Counted from the first letter of the stretch, positions 9,044 through 19,920 are shown. The stretch: DNA of 64,000 bases from an uncultured Solirubrobacteraceae bacterium (GCA_963722815.1 CAVROM010000008.1:21235-85234); one strand, 5' to 3'. The notes: a model not told the origin generated them from the letters alone. Program-made: numbers and translations.

Positions 9044-10438
9044 ATGGCATCGGTAGGTCGGCTGGATGCTGCGCGGCCGGAGGCCGAGGACCGCCGGAAC
9101 CTGCGCAAGGTCGTCACCGCGAGCTTCATCGGGACGACGATCGAGTGGTACGACTTCTTCCTCTACGGCACGGCTGCCGCGCTGGTGTTCGACAAGCTGT
9201 TCTTCCCGAACGCCGAGCCGGTCATCGGCACGCTGGCGGCGCTGGGCACCTACGCCGTGGGCTTCGCCGCCCGCCCGCTGGGCGGCATCGTCTTCGGTCA
9301 CTTCGGTGACCGTGTCGGGCGCAAGTCGATGCTCGTCATCTCGCTGCTGATGATGGGCATCTCGACGTTCCTGATCGGCTGCCTGCCGACGCACGCCACG
9401 ATCGGCGTGCTCGCGCCGATGCTGCTGGTCGTGTTCCGCTTCACGCAGGGCATCGGCGTCGGCGGCGAGTGGGGCGGCGCGGTGCTGATGTCGGTCGAGC
9501 ACGCGCCGAAGGGCAAGCGCGGGCTGTTCGGCTCGTTCCCGCAGATGGGCGTGCCGGCCGGCCTCGCGATCTCGACGCTCGTGTTCACGCTGATGCAGAA
9601 CGTGACCACCGAGGACCAGTTCCTCGCCTGGGGCTGGCGGATCCCGTTCCTGCTGTCGGCCGTCATGGTCGCCGTCGGCCTGTTCATCCGTCTGAAGGTC
9701 CTGGAATCTCCGGCCTTCCAGGCGCTGAAGGAAACCAACACGACGTCCGAGAAGCCGATCGTCGAGGTGGTCAAGACGCACCGCCGCGACCTCCTGACCG
9801 CGATGGGCATGCGGATCGCCGAGAACGGCACGTTCTACGTGCTGACCGTGTTCGTTCTCACCTACGGCGAGGACGCGCTGAAGCTCGAGAAGAACACGAT
9901 GCTGACCGGTGTGATCATCGCCGCACTGATCGGGCTCTTCACGATCCCGTTCTATGGCAGGCTGTCCGACCGTGTCGGTCGCAAGCCGCTGTATCTCTCG
10001 GGCGCGGTGTTCTCGCTGCTGTTCGCGTTCCCGTTCTTCTGGCTGGTCGACACCAAGGAGCCCGTGCTCATCTGCCTCGCGATCGTGCTCGGCCTCAACG
10101 TCGGCCACGACCTGATGTACGGGCCGCAGGCGGCGTTCTTCGCCGAGCTGTTCGGCACCCGCGTGCGCTACACCGGCGCGTCGGTCGGCTACCAGCTGGC
10201 GTCGGCCATCGCCGGCGGCTTCTCGCCGCTGATCGCGGTGGCGCTGCTGGCGGCGAACGACAACGACCCGACGCTCGTGGCCGCCTACATGGCGCTGATG
10301 GCCGCGATCACGGTCGTCTCGACGCTGTTCGCGCGCGAGACCTACCGCGACGACATCGGCGATGAAGCGCCGCGCGAGCCGTCCCAGCGCTTCGTGCGCA
10401 AGCCGGCCGCCGAGCGGGAGCCCGCGGGAGCGGCGTGA
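9044..10438 (+). CDS. MFS transporter, metabolite:H+ symporter (MHS) type
   Basis: RBS GGGAGGAG lies upstream of ATG 9044. The protein has 12 predicted TM helices and the motifs GTTIEWYDFFLYG, GHFGDRVGRK and GRLSDRVGRKP. Confidence 0.9.
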   Translation: MASVGRLDAARPEAEDRRNLRKVVTASFIGTTIEWYDFFLYGTAAALVFDKLFFPNAEPVIGTLAALGTYAVGFAARPLGGIVFGHFGDRVGRKSMLVISLLMMGISTFLIGCLPTHATIGVLAPMLLVVFRFTQGIGVGGEWGGAVLMSVEHAPKGKRGLFGSFPQMGVPAGLAISTLVFTLMQNVTTEDQFLAWGWRIPFLLSAVMVAVGLFIRLKVLESPAFQALKETNTTSEKPIVEVVKTHRRDLLTAMGMRIAENGTFYVLTVFVLTYGEDALKLEKNTMLTGVIIAALIGLFTIPFYGRLSDRVGRKPLYLSGAVFSLLFAFPFFWLVDTKEPVLICLAIVLGLNVGHDLMYGPQAAFFAELFGTRVRYTGASVGYQLASAIAGGFSPLIAVALLAANDNDPTLVAAYMALMAAITVVSTLFARETYRDDIGDEAPREPSQRFVRKPAAEREPAGAA

Positions 10439-11745
10439 CGAACGAGACCGTCTTCACCCTCGAGGCGACGCCGATCAAGTTCGGCGCGGGCTCCTCCGCC
10501 GACGCCGGCTGGGAGCTCAAGCGTCTCGGCGCCTCGAGGGTGATGGTCATCAGCGATCCCGGCATCGTCGAGGCCGGGATCACCGGCCGCGTGGTCGAGG
10601 CGATCGAGGCGGCCGGCATCGAGGCCGTCGTCTTCGACCGCGCGCGGGTCGAGCCGTCCGCGGAGTCGCTGCAGGAGGCGGCCGACTTCGCGGTCGCCGG
10701 CGACTTCGACGGCTTCGTCGGGGTCGGCGGCGGCTCGAGCCTCGACACCGCGAAGGTCGCCGACCTCGTCGCGACCCACCCGGCGGCGATCATGGACTAC
10801 GTCAACGCGCCGGTCGGCGGGGGCAAGAAGCCGCCGGGGCCGCTGAAGCCGCTGCTCGCGATCCCGACGACCGCGGGCACGGGTTCGGAGGCGACCACGG
10901 TCGCGGTGCTCGACCTGCCGGACCTCAAGACCAAGAGCGGGATCTCGCACCGCTACCTGCGCCCGCACCAGGGCATCGTCGACCCCGAGCTCCTGCGCGG
11001 CGTGCCCGCCGAGGTCACCTCCTCGTGCGGGCTCGACGTCGTCTGCCACGCGGTCGAGTCGTTCGTCTCCAAGCCCTACGACGCGCGCGAGCGGCCCGAG
11101 ACGCCCGACGACCGGCCGCCCTACCAGGGCGCCAACCCGGTCTCCGACGTGTGGTCGGCCAAGGCGCTCGAGTACGGCGGGCAGTACCTGCGCCGCGCGG
11201 TCTCCGACGCCGACGACCTCGAGGCGCGCGGCCACATGATGCTCGCCGCCAGCCTCGCCGGGATCGGCTTCGGCTCCGCGGGCGTCCACATCCCGCACGC
11301 CTGCGCGTACCCGATCGCCTCGCTGAAGCACGAGTGGTCGCCGCCCGGCTATCCCGACGACCACCCGTTCGTGCCCCACGGCTGGTCGGTGATCGTCACC
11401 GCGCCGGCCGCGTTCCGCTACACGTACGAGGCGGATCCGGAGAAGCACCGGCGGGCCGCCGAGCTGATCGCGGGCGAGCCGATCCCCGACGCGGACGAGA
11501 ACACGCTGCCGCAGGTGCTGACCGACCTGATGCGCGACGTCGGCGCGCCCAGCGGCGTGCGCGAGCTCGGCTACGACGACGGCGACATCGAGGCGCTGGT
11601 GGAGGGCGCGATGAAGCAGCAGCGGCTGCTCGTCGTCTCCCCGCGCGAGCCCTCGGAGGAGGACGTCGCCGCGATCCTGCGCGACTCTATGGAGAACTGG
11701 TCGCCGGCGGCCGCTTCGGCCGGATCACCAGGTCGCGAACGCTGA
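10435..11745 (+). CDS. iron-containing alcohol dehydrogenase (hydroxyacid-oxoacid transhydrogenase-like)
   Basis: GTG 10435 overlaps the MFS stop (GTGA). Fe-ADH motifs GVGGGSSLDTAK, PTTAGTGSE, CHAVES and GVHIPHACAYP are present. Confidence 0.88.
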   Translation: MTNETVFTLEATPIKFGAGSSADAGWELKRLGASRVMVISDPGIVEAGITGRVVEAIEAAGIEAVVFDRARVEPSAESLQEAADFAVAGDFDGFVGVGGGSSLDTAKVADLVATHPAAIMDYVNAPVGGGKKPPGPLKPLLAIPTTAGTGSEATTVAVLDLPDLKTKSGISHRYLRPHQGIVDPELLRGVPAEVTSSCGLDVVCHAVESFVSKPYDARERPETPDDRPPYQGANPVSDVWSAKALEYGGQYLRRAVSDADDLEARGHMMLAASLAGIGFGSAGVHIPHACAYPIASLKHEWSPPGYPDDHPFVPHGWSVIVTAPAAFRYTYEADPEKHRRAAELIAGEPIPDADENTLPQVLTDLMRDVGAPSGVRELGYDDGDIEALVEGAMKQQRLLVVSPREPSEEDVAAILRDSMENWSPAAASAGSPGRER

Positions 11746-12157
11746 ACACCGCGTCGTCGTGCGCGAAGCGCGCGACCGGGCGGGGCACGCCGGCGAACCG
11801 CCCCTCGCCGCGGTAGTCGGCGTAGCGGGCGACGTGCTTGCCGCGGACGAAGATCAGGAGGTCGCCGGTGCCGAACGCGACCTCGCCCTTCCACGGCGCG
11901 CCGAGCGCCTTCGAGATCGCGGCGCGGCCGGCGCTGCGCTCGGCGAGCAGCACGTGGTCCCACTTGAAGTCCGTCACGTCCGCGAGGTCGACGTCGGCGC
12001 CGCGCTGCTCGGCCGTCCCGATCTCGCGCGAGATGTTCTCAGCCAGCAGGTTGTCGACCGCGATCGCGTCCTCGTCGCGGTTGAGGTAGACGACCACGCC
12101 CAGCACCAGCAGGAGGAACACCAAGGCCGCCCCGACGGCCGCGAGCGCACGGGCCAT
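11687..12157 (-). CDS. hypothetical membrane-anchored protein
   Basis: 156-aa ORF with an N-terminal TM anchor (ALAAVGAALVFLLLVLGVVVYL) followed by a soluble domain. No family recognised. Its 3' end overlaps the ADH gene convergently. Confidence 0.5.
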   Translation of the reverse strand: MARALAAVGAALVFLLLVLGVVVYLNRDEDAIAVDNLLAENISREIGTAEQRGADVDLADVTDFKWDHVLLAERSAGRAAISKALGAPWKGEVAFGTGDLLIFVRGKHVARYADYRGEGRFAGVPRPVARFAHDDAVFSVRDLVIRPKRPPATSSP

Positions 12158-12188
12158 GGCGGCACCCTAGACCTACACTCTTCGCTCC

Positions 12189-15100
12189 GTGCCGCCTCAC
12201 CGCCCGCTCCCCAAGACGCCGAGCTTCCCCGCCCTCGAGGAGGAGGTGCTCGAGCGCTGGCGCGAGCGCGACGTCTTCCGCGAGTCGGTCCGCCGCCGCC
12301 AGGGCGCCGAGGAGTTCGTCTTCTACGAGGGGCCGCCGACCGCCAACGGGCGCCCGGGCTCCCACCACGTGCTCGCGCGCGTGTTCAAGGACATCTTCCC
12401 GCGCTACCAGACGATGCTCGGCAAGTACGTGGAGCGCAAGGGCGGCTGGGACTGCCACGGGCTGCCGGTCGAGATCGCGGTCGAGCAGAAGCTCGGCTTC
12501 CACAACAAGCACGACATCGAGCGCTACGGCATCGCCGAGTTCAACGCGCAGTGCCGCGAGTCGGTCTTCGAGTTCCTCGAGGACTGGACGGCGCTGACCG
12601 AGCGCATCGGCTACTGGGTCGACCTCGAGCACCCGTACCGCACGCTCGACCCCAGCTACATCGAGTCGGTGTGGTGGGCGCTGAAGACGATGTGGGACCG
12701 CGACCTGCTGTTCGAGGGCCACCGCGTCGTGCCGTACTGCGTGCGCTGCGGGACGGCGCTGAGCTCGCACGAGGTCGCGCAGGGCTACGAGGACGTCGAG
12801 GACCCGTCGATCTACGTGACCTTCCCGGTCACCGAGCCGGTCGGCCCACTGCGCGCCGGCGACCAGCTGCTGGCGTGGACGACGACGCCGTGGACCGTGC
12901 TCTCGCACGCCGCGCTCGCCGTCTCGCCCGACCTGACCTACGTGCGTACGGAGGACGGCTACGTCCTCGCGGAGGCGCGCGTGGCGGCGGTGCTGGGCGA
13001 GGACGCGCAGGTCGCCGAGCGGTTCCACGGGCGCCGAGATGATCGGCACCCGCTACGACCCGCCGTTCGACTTCATCAAGACCGAGGAGTACGGGCCCAA
13101 GGGCCACACCGTGCTGCCCGGGGACTTCGTCAGCGCCGAGGACGGCACCGGCATCGTCCACACCTCGATCGCGTTCGGCGAGGACGACTACCGGCTCGGG
13201 CAAGAGCAGGGCATCAACGTGATCAACCCGGTGCGGCTCGACGGGACCTACGTCGATCGGATGGGGCCGTACGCGGGCCGCTGGGTCAAGGAGGCCGACG
13301 CCGACATCGTCGAGGACCTGCGCTCGCGCGGGCGGCTGCTGCGCGCCGAGACCTACCTGCACGCCTACCCGCACTGCTGGCGCTGCGGCACGCCGCTGCT
13401 CTACTACGCCAAGCCGTCGTGGTTCGTCGGCACCTCGAAGGTGCGCGACCGCCTGCTGGCCGCCAACGAGACCGTCGAGTGGCACCCGGAGCACATCAAG
13501 CACGGGCGCTTCGGGCGTTGGCTCGAGAACAACGTCGACTGGGCGATCTCGCGCGAGCGCTACTGGGGCACGCCGCTGCCGGTGTGGCGCTGCACGAACG
13601 GCCACGCGGAGTGCGTCGGCTCGTTCGCCGAGCTGGAGGAGAAGTCGGGCGTGACGCTGGAGGACCCGCACCGGCCCTACGTCGACGCGCCGACGTGGGC
13701 CTGCTCGGAGTGCGGCGAGCCGATGCAGCGCGAGCCGGTCGTGATCGACGTCTGGTTCGACTCGGGCTGCATGCCGTTCGCCCAGCACCACGCGCCGTTC
13801 GAGAACGAGGACGTCTTCGAGCAGCGCTTCCCCGCGAACTACATCTGCGAGGCGATCGACCAGACGCGCGGCTGGTTCTACTCGCTGATCGCGGTCTCGA
13901 CGCTGCTGTTCGACCAGGCGCCCTACAGGACCGTGCTCTGCCTCGGGCACATCGCCGACCCCGAGGGCAAGAAGATGTCGAAGTCGCTCGGCAACATCGT
14001 CGTGCCGTGGGAGGTCATCGACCAGCACGGCGCCGACGCGTTCCGCTGGTACTTCCTCACCTCCAAGCAGCCGTGGGACGGCTACCTGTTCTCGACCAAG
14101 ACGGTCGGCGAGTCGGTGCGCCAGTTCCTGCTGCAGCTCTGGAACACGTACTCGTTCTACGTGATGTACGCGAACGTCAACGACGTCACCGCGAGCGCCG
14201 GGGCCGGCGACGGACCTCGACCGCTGGGCGCTCTCGCGGCTGAACGCCACCGTGGCGACCGTCCGCGATCGGCTCGACAACTACGACGCCACGCGCGCCG
14301 GCCACGCGATCGCCGCGTTCGTCGACGAGCTCTCGAACTGGTACGTGCGCCGCTCGCGCCGCCGCTTCTGGGACGGCGACCCGGCCGCGTTCGGCACGCT
14401 GCACACCTGCCTCGTCACGGTCGCCAAGCTGCTCGCCCCGTTCACGCCGTTCATCGCCGACGAGATCTACGACAACCTCGACGGCTCCGAGCACAGCGTG
14501 CACCTCGAGGACTTTCCCGTGGCCGGCGAGCGCGACGAGGCGCTGGAGTTCGACATGGGCGTGGCGCGCGAGACCGTCGGCCTCGGGCTGAGCGCGCGCT
14601 GCCCAGTCGAAGCTCAAGGTGCGCCAGCCGCTGCGCGCCGCGGTGGTCGTCGCGGCCGACCGCGAGCGCGGCGGCGCTCGATCGCCTCGCCGACGTCGTG
14701 CGCGACGAGCTCAACGTCAAGGAGATCCGCTACGTCGCCCAGGCCGACGAGCTCGGCTCCTACGAGATCAAGCCCAACTACCGCTCGCTCGGCCCGCGCT
14801 TCGGCAAGGCGATGCCGCAGGTGGCGGCGGCGGTGGCCGCGCTCGACCCCGCGCACGTCGCCGCGGCGCTGCGCAACGGCGCGCACATCGGGATCAGCAT
14901 CGACGGCCACGACCATGAGCTCGGGCCCGACGACCTGTCGCTGGTCATGAAGCCGCTCGAGGGCTACCAGCTCGAGCGCGAGGGCTCACACGCGGTGGCG
15001 CTCGAGCTCGAGCTCGACGACGAGCTGCGCCGCGAGGGGCTCGCGCGCGAGGTCGTCCACGCGGTCCAGAACGCGCGCAAGGCCGCCGGGCTCGAGGTCG

Positions 15101-15280
15101 AGGACCGGATCGAGCTGCGGCTGGGCGGCGACGATGAGCTGCTGGCCGCCGCCCGCGAGTACGAGGACTACCTCAAGGGCGAGGTGCTCGCCGCGCACGC
15201 TGCGCTTCGACGCCGATGGCGACGGCACCGCCGCCACCATCGAGGGTCGAGAGCTGCGGATCCTGCTGGCCCGCGCCTAG
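12189..15280 (+). pseudogene. ileS: isoleucine--tRNA ligase, at least 5 frame changes as written (probably sequence indels)
   Basis: GTG 12189. Class I aaRS motifs PPTANGRPGSHH (HIGH region) and KMSKS are present. Contiguous IleRS homology hops frames at about 13030 (ggg run), about 14200, about 14597, about 14668 and about 15195. It ends ...TLRFDADGDGTAATIEGRELRILLARA with TAG 15278-15280. Confidence 0.95.
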
Positions 15281-15610
15281 CTAGGCGCCCGCGAGCGCCG
15301 GCTCGAGCTCGGCCTCGAGGCGCTTCTTGGGCATCGCGCCCTGGATGCGCTTGGCCTCCTGGCCGTCGCGGAACAGGACCATCGTCGGGATCGCGAGGAT
15401 CTGGTAGTTCATCGCGGTCTGCTGGTTCTCGTCGATGTTGACCTTGACGATGCGGAGGTTGTCGCGCTCGTCGGCGATCTCCTCGAGGACAGGAGCGACG
15501 ACCCGGCACGGCCCGCACCAGGGCGCCCAGAAGTCCACCAGCACGGGATGCTCGTTCTCGAGCACCTCGGCCTGGAAGTCGCCGTCGGTGACGTGCTTGA
15601 TGTCGGCCAT
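15281..15610 (-). CDS. trxA: thioredoxin
   Basis: ATG 15610 (MADIKHVTDGDFQAEV). The active site WCGPC and the thioredoxin fold length are present. Confidence 0.92.
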   Translation of the reverse strand: MADIKHVTDGDFQAEVLENEHPVLVDFWAPWCGPCRVVAPVLEEIADERDNLRIVKVNIDENQQTAMNYQILAIPTMVLFRDGQEAKRIQGAMPKKRLEAELEPALAGA

Positions 15611-15661
15611 TCGCGTTCGTCGTCCTTTCTCGTGGCTTGCTTCAGAAAGTATAGCCACGGC

Positions 15662-16360
15662 CTACCCGGCAAGCCAGCGCAACAAGCCCGGAGTCACCCA
15701 GGTCTCCACCGCGGCGGCGCAGACGACGATCGGGATCGCGATCGCGACGGTGACGAACGTCGCCGCGAGCAGCTCGTTCCAGCGCTTGCCGCGGCTGGCG
15801 ATCGTCCACGCGGCGAGCGGGAGGAAGAGCGCGAAGAGCTCCGGCACGGCGTGCACCGAGAGCGCGATGAGCAGCAGGCCCGGGGAGATGTCGAGCTGCG
15901 CCGAGAGGTCGGAGGCGGCGCTGCCGAGCGCCCACGCCTGCGTGGTGAGCGAGAACAGCGTGGCGCAGACGACGAAGCCGATCGCCAGCGGGCCGGCCTT
16001 GTCGTGGATCCAGCGCCAGACGCCGGAGTAGCCCTCGGCCACCTGGGGGAGCGACGAGCCGGCCATGAAGCCGGCGACGCACGCGAAGCCGTGCAGCGCC
16101 AGCACGAGCCCGTTGCGGTAGAGGATGAAGCCGAAGTCGCCGAGCTCGGCGGGGGAGTAGAGGCCGGGGAAGTAGACCCGCGTGAGGTCGGGGGTCGAGG
16201 CCTTGGCGATCACCCACGTCAGCGTCAGCAGCAGCAACGCGATCGCGAGGCTGCCGAGCGCCCACGGCCGCAGCGACCGCCCGGGGCGGACGGACCAGCG
16301 ACGGAGCGCGTCGCGCGTGTCGGCCCAGCCCTGGACGAGGGCCATGTTCTCGGTGTTCAT
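15662..16360 (-). CDS. integral membrane protein, SpoIIM/DUF95-like
   Basis: ATG 16360 (MNTENMALVQGW). It has about 6 TM helices and a YRNGLVLALHGFACVAGFM segment reminiscent of the SpoIIM family. It lies directly downstream of the GT2 gene. Confidence 0.65.
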   Translation of the reverse strand: MNTENMALVQGWADTRDALRRWSVRPGRSLRPWALGSLAIALLLLTLTWVIAKASTPDLTRVYFPGLYSPAELGDFGFILYRNGLVLALHGFACVAGFMAGSSLPQVAEGYSGVWRWIHDKAGPLAIGFVVCATLFSLTTQAWALGSAASDLSAQLDISPGLLLIALSVHAVPELFALFLPLAAWTIASRGKRWNELLAATFVTVAIAIPIVVCAAAVETWVTPGLLRWLAG

Positions 16361-16377
16361 GGTTGTTGTGTCGGCAG

Positions 16378-17094
16378 CTACCCGCCCGAGGATGAGCGCA
16401 GCGCCGGCACCAGCCACGCCGCCTCGAGGGCGATCCTTGGCGTCATCTTCGAGCGGCCGGCGCCGCGCTCGCGGAACACGATCGGGGCCTCGACGACCCG
16501 CAGGCCGCGGCGCAGCGCGCGATGGGTCAGCTCGACCTGGAAGGCGTAGCCCTGCGAGCGCACGCTCGGCAGGGTCGATCGCCCGCAGCGCGCCGGCGCG
16601 CCAGGTCTTGAGCCCGCCGGTCAGGTCGCGCACCGGGACGCGCAGGACGGTGCGCGCGTAGAGGCAGCCGGCGCGGCTGATCGCGCGGCGCGCCGGGTGC
16701 CAGCCGGCGACGCCGCCGCCGGGCACGTAGCGCGAGCCGAGCGCGAGGTCGGCGCCGTCGCGGGCGAGCGCGATCAGGCGCGGGAGGTCGGCGGGGTCGT
16801 GGGAGCCGTCGGCGTCCATCTGGCAGACGAGCTCGGGGTCATGCGCGAGCGCGCGCGTGAAGCCGGCCACGTAGGCGGAGCCGAGGCCGAGCTTGCGCGG
16901 GCGGTGCAGGACCTCGGCGCCGAGCTTCTCGGCGAGCGCGCCGGTGCCGTCCGGCGAGGCGTCGTCCACGACGAGGATGTGGAGGTCCTCGTGGGCGAGC
17001 GCCTCGCGGGCGCCGGCGATCACGCCGGGCAGACCCGCCGCCTCGGCGTAGGTGGGGAGGATGAGCCAGATCAGAGCCCGTACGCTAGGGCCAT
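16378..17094 (-). pseudogene. GT2 polyprenol-phosphate mannosyl/glucosyltransferase (Ppm1/DPM1-like), frame change and unclear start
   Basis: GT-A motifs LILPTYAEAAGLP, VVDDASPDGTG, QMDADGSHDP and GSRYVPGG are present. The C-terminal 61 aa (YAFQVELTHRALRRGLRVVEAPIVFRERGAGRSKM) sit in another frame (ORF 16378..16563), with the shift at about 16565. No canonical in-frame start exists near 17080. The ATG at 17094 is out of frame. Confidence 0.8.
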
Positions 17095-18853
17095 GGCCGA
17101 CCTGACCAACGCCCAGATCGCCGCCGCGTTCGACGAGCTCGGCGACCTCTACGAGCTCGACGGCGCCGTCGCCTACCGCGTGATCGCCTATCGCACGGCG
17201 GCCAAGACCGTGCGCGAGACGACGGTCTCCGTGGTGCAGATGGCGCGCGACGGCCGCGTCACCGAGCTCAACGGAGTCGGCAAGATCCTCGAGGAGAAGA
17301 TCCTCGCGCTCGACGAGACCGGCGACATCCCGACCGCCAAGAAGCTGCGCGACAAGTTCCCGAGCGGGCTGCTGTCGGTCATGCACCTGCCGGGCTTCGG
17401 GCCGAAGCGCGCACGGCGCCTCTACGACGAGCTCGGCGTCGACTCGCTCGATGCCCTGCGGGCGGCCGCCGAGGCGCAGAAGATCCGCGAGCTGCGCGGG
17501 TTCGGGGCGAAGGCCGAGGAGCAGCTGCTCAAGACGCTCGCCGAGTCGCCCGAGGGCGGGCCGGCGCCGCGGATCCTGCTGTCGCGGGCGGAGAACATCG
17601 CCGAGCAGATCGTCGGCGCGCTGCGCTCGCACCCGAGCTCGGAGCAGGTCGAGGTCGCCGGCTCGCTGCGGCGCCAGGCCGACTCGGTCAAGGACCTCGA
17701 CATCATCGCCACCGCCAAGGACCCGGCGGCGCTGGCGGCCGCATTGGGCGAACTGTCGCTGGTCGAGGCGGTGCTGCACGCGGCGGGCGACGCCGGCGCG
17801 CGCGTCATGACCCACGCGGGCATCAAGGTCGATCTGAAGGTCGTCGAGCCGGACCAGTTCGGCAACGTCCTCCAGCACTTCACGGGCTCGAAGACGCACA
17901 ACGTGGCGTTGCGCGAGAGCGCGGTGCGGCGCGGGCTGCACGTCTCCGAGTACGGGATCCTCGACGACGCGACCGGCGAGACCGTGCGCTGCGCGACCGA
18001 GGAGGAGGTCTACGAGACGCTCGGGCTGGCGTGGATCCCGCCGGAGCTGCGCGAGGGGCGCGGCGAGCTCGAGGCCGCCTTGCCGGGCGGGCCGGGGCTG
18101 CCTGCGCTGATCACGGCGGACGACATGCGCGGCGACCTGCACTGCCACACGACGCTGAGCGACGGCCGCCAGACGCTCGAGCAGATGGTCGAGGCCGCGC
18201 GCGGCCGCGGGCTCGAGTACCTCGCGGTCACCGACCACTCGGCCTCGCACGGGTTCGGCGACCACGTGACGCCGGAGGCGCTGGCGGAGCGGATCGAGGC
18301 GATCCGCGCGCTGAACGCGTCGCTGGACGATTTCGAGGTGCTCGCGGGCACCGAGGTCAACATCCTCCCCGACGGCGGGCTCGACTACGACGACGAGCTG
18401 CTGGCCGAGCTCGACTGGGTGATCGCCTCGGTCCACACCTCGTTCTCGATGAGCGAGAAGGAGATGACCGACCGCATGATCCGCGCGATCGAGCACCCGT
18501 GGGTCGACGCCGTCGGCCACCCGACGGGCCGCAAGATCGAGACCCGCCCGCCCTACGCGCTCGACGTCGAGCGGATCATCGAGGCGGCCGCGCGCACGGG
18601 GACGATGCTCGAGATCAATTCGGCGCCCGACCGGCGCGACCTCAACGAGCTCCACGCGCGGTCGGCGGCGGAGGCCGGCGTCGGCGTGCTGATCAACACC
18701 GACGCCCACTCGGCGAAGAACTTCGCGCTGCTGCGGTACGGGATCGCGACGGCCCGGCGGGCGTGGCTGACGCCGGAGCAGGTGCCGAACACGCGCCCGT
18801 GGGCGGAGTTCGCGCCGCTCAGGAAGCGCGCAAAGTCAACTGCGGCTGGGTAG
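17093..18853 (+). CDS. polX: DNA polymerase X family protein with C-terminal PHP phosphoesterase domain
   Basis: ATG 17093. The Pol-beta-like N-terminus has HhH elements (GVGKILEEK, GFGPKRA, GSLRRQADSVKDLDI). The PHP domain has the metal motifs DLHCHTTLSDG, TDHS and NTDAHS. Confidence 0.9.
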   Translation: MADLTNAQIAAAFDELGDLYELDGAVAYRVIAYRTAAKTVRETTVSVVQMARDGRVTELNGVGKILEEKILALDETGDIPTAKKLRDKFPSGLLSVMHLPGFGPKRARRLYDELGVDSLDALRAAAEAQKIRELRGFGAKAEEQLLKTLAESPEGGPAPRILLSRAENIAEQIVGALRSHPSSEQVEVAGSLRRQADSVKDLDIIATAKDPAALAAALGELSLVEAVLHAAGDAGARVMTHAGIKVDLKVVEPDQFGNVLQHFTGSKTHNVALRESAVRRGLHVSEYGILDDATGETVRCATEEEVYETLGLAWIPPELREGRGELEAALPGGPGLPALITADDMRGDLHCHTTLSDGRQTLEQMVEAARGRGLEYLAVTDHSASHGFGDHVTPEALAERIEAIRALNASLDDFEVLAGTEVNILPDGGLDYDDELLAELDWVIASVHTSFSMSEKEMTDRMIRAIEHPWVDAVGHPTGRKIETRPPYALDVERIIEAAARTGTMLEINSAPDRRDLNELHARSAAEAGVGVLINTDAHSAKNFALLRYGIATARRAWLTPEQVPNTRPWAEFAPLRKRAKSTAAG

Positions 18854-18955
18854 GGAAGCCGTCCGAGCCGCCGCTCGGCCACGAGTGTCAGCTCAGGGTC
18901 GCTATGCGACCTTGAGACGACACTCGTGCCCGCCGCGGCACCCCGGACCTTCCCC

Positions 18956-19841
18956 TCAATGCGCAGTCGGTGTTCTCCGCGCGGCCCGCTCGGCCTCGCC
19001 GCCGGCGCCCACGGGCTCGTTCCCGCGCTCCCGGGCCTCGCGCTCGGCCAGCGCGTCGAAGCGGGCGATGTCCTTGCGGAGCTCCCGCTCGGTCAGGCGC
19101 GGGAGGATCGGCTTCAGCCACATCGAGGCCGATCAGCCAGCGCGGGACGGCGACGATGCGCTGCCGGCGCTCGATCCCGCGCACGACCGCCTCGGCCGCC
19201 GCGCTCACGGGATAATGCTTGGCCAGCGGGCCGGTGAGCATGGCCCGCATGCTCGCGCCGAGCTCGGTGCGGTCGGCGCCGCGGACCATCTCGGTGTCGA
19301 TCCACGAGAAGTAGGCGACGCCGACGTCGACGCCGTAGTGCTGCGTCTCCACGCGCAGCGCGTGGCCGAGGTTCTCGACGCCCGACTTCGCCGCCCCGTA
19401 GGCGCCGAGCCCGACCGGCGGCAGGATCGCGGCCATTGACGCGACGGGAAGGATGTAGCCGCGGCGCTCGATCACGTGCGGCAGGCAGGCGCGGATCGTC
19501 CGCCACACGCCGAGCAGGTTGACCTCGATGACGCGCTCGAACATCTCCGGGTCCATGCTGCGGACGAAGCCCGGGGCGCCGATGCCGGCGTTGGCGAACA
19601 GCGTGTCGATCCCGCCGAACGCCTCGACGGTGCCGTTGACGGCGGCATCGAGCGCGTCGCGGTCGGTGACGTCGGCCTCGAACGTGATCGAGCCGGGGCA
19701 GTCGGCGGCGACGGCCTCGAGGTCGCCGAGGCCGACGAGCGAGACGCGCGCGCCCCGCGCCGCGAGCCGGCGCGCGGTCTCGGCGCCGATGCCGTGCGCG
19801 GCGCCGGTGATGAGGACGGACTGGCCGGAGATCGGGGTCAT
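18956..19841 (-). pseudogene. short-chain dehydrogenase/reductase (SDR), one frame change
   Basis: ATG 19841. Motifs TGAAHGIG, NAGIG and YGAAK are present. The last 55 aa (MWLKPILPRLTERELRKDIARFDALAEREA...) read in a different frame from about 19125 and end at TGA 18956-18958. Confidence 0.85.
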
Positions 19842-19920
19842 GCCCGCGAGACTAGTTGGTCGATTCCCCGACCGCCGCACCCGTCTGCACGCGTCCCGCG
19901 GCGCAGGTCGGCACCCGCCG

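Noticed and set aside
12158-12188. T-box leader upstream of ileS, as in some actinobacteria.
   Set aside because: Only 31 nt separate ileS from the divergent upstream gene, which is too short for a T-box.
15273-15288. Palindrome GCGCCTAGCTAGGCGC between ileS and trxA as a regulatory site or a relative of the 38-nt repeat.
   Set aside because: It is simply two convergent genes that both end ...GCC-TAG, abutting each other. It shares only the CTAGGCGC core with the repeat and lacks the hairpin part.
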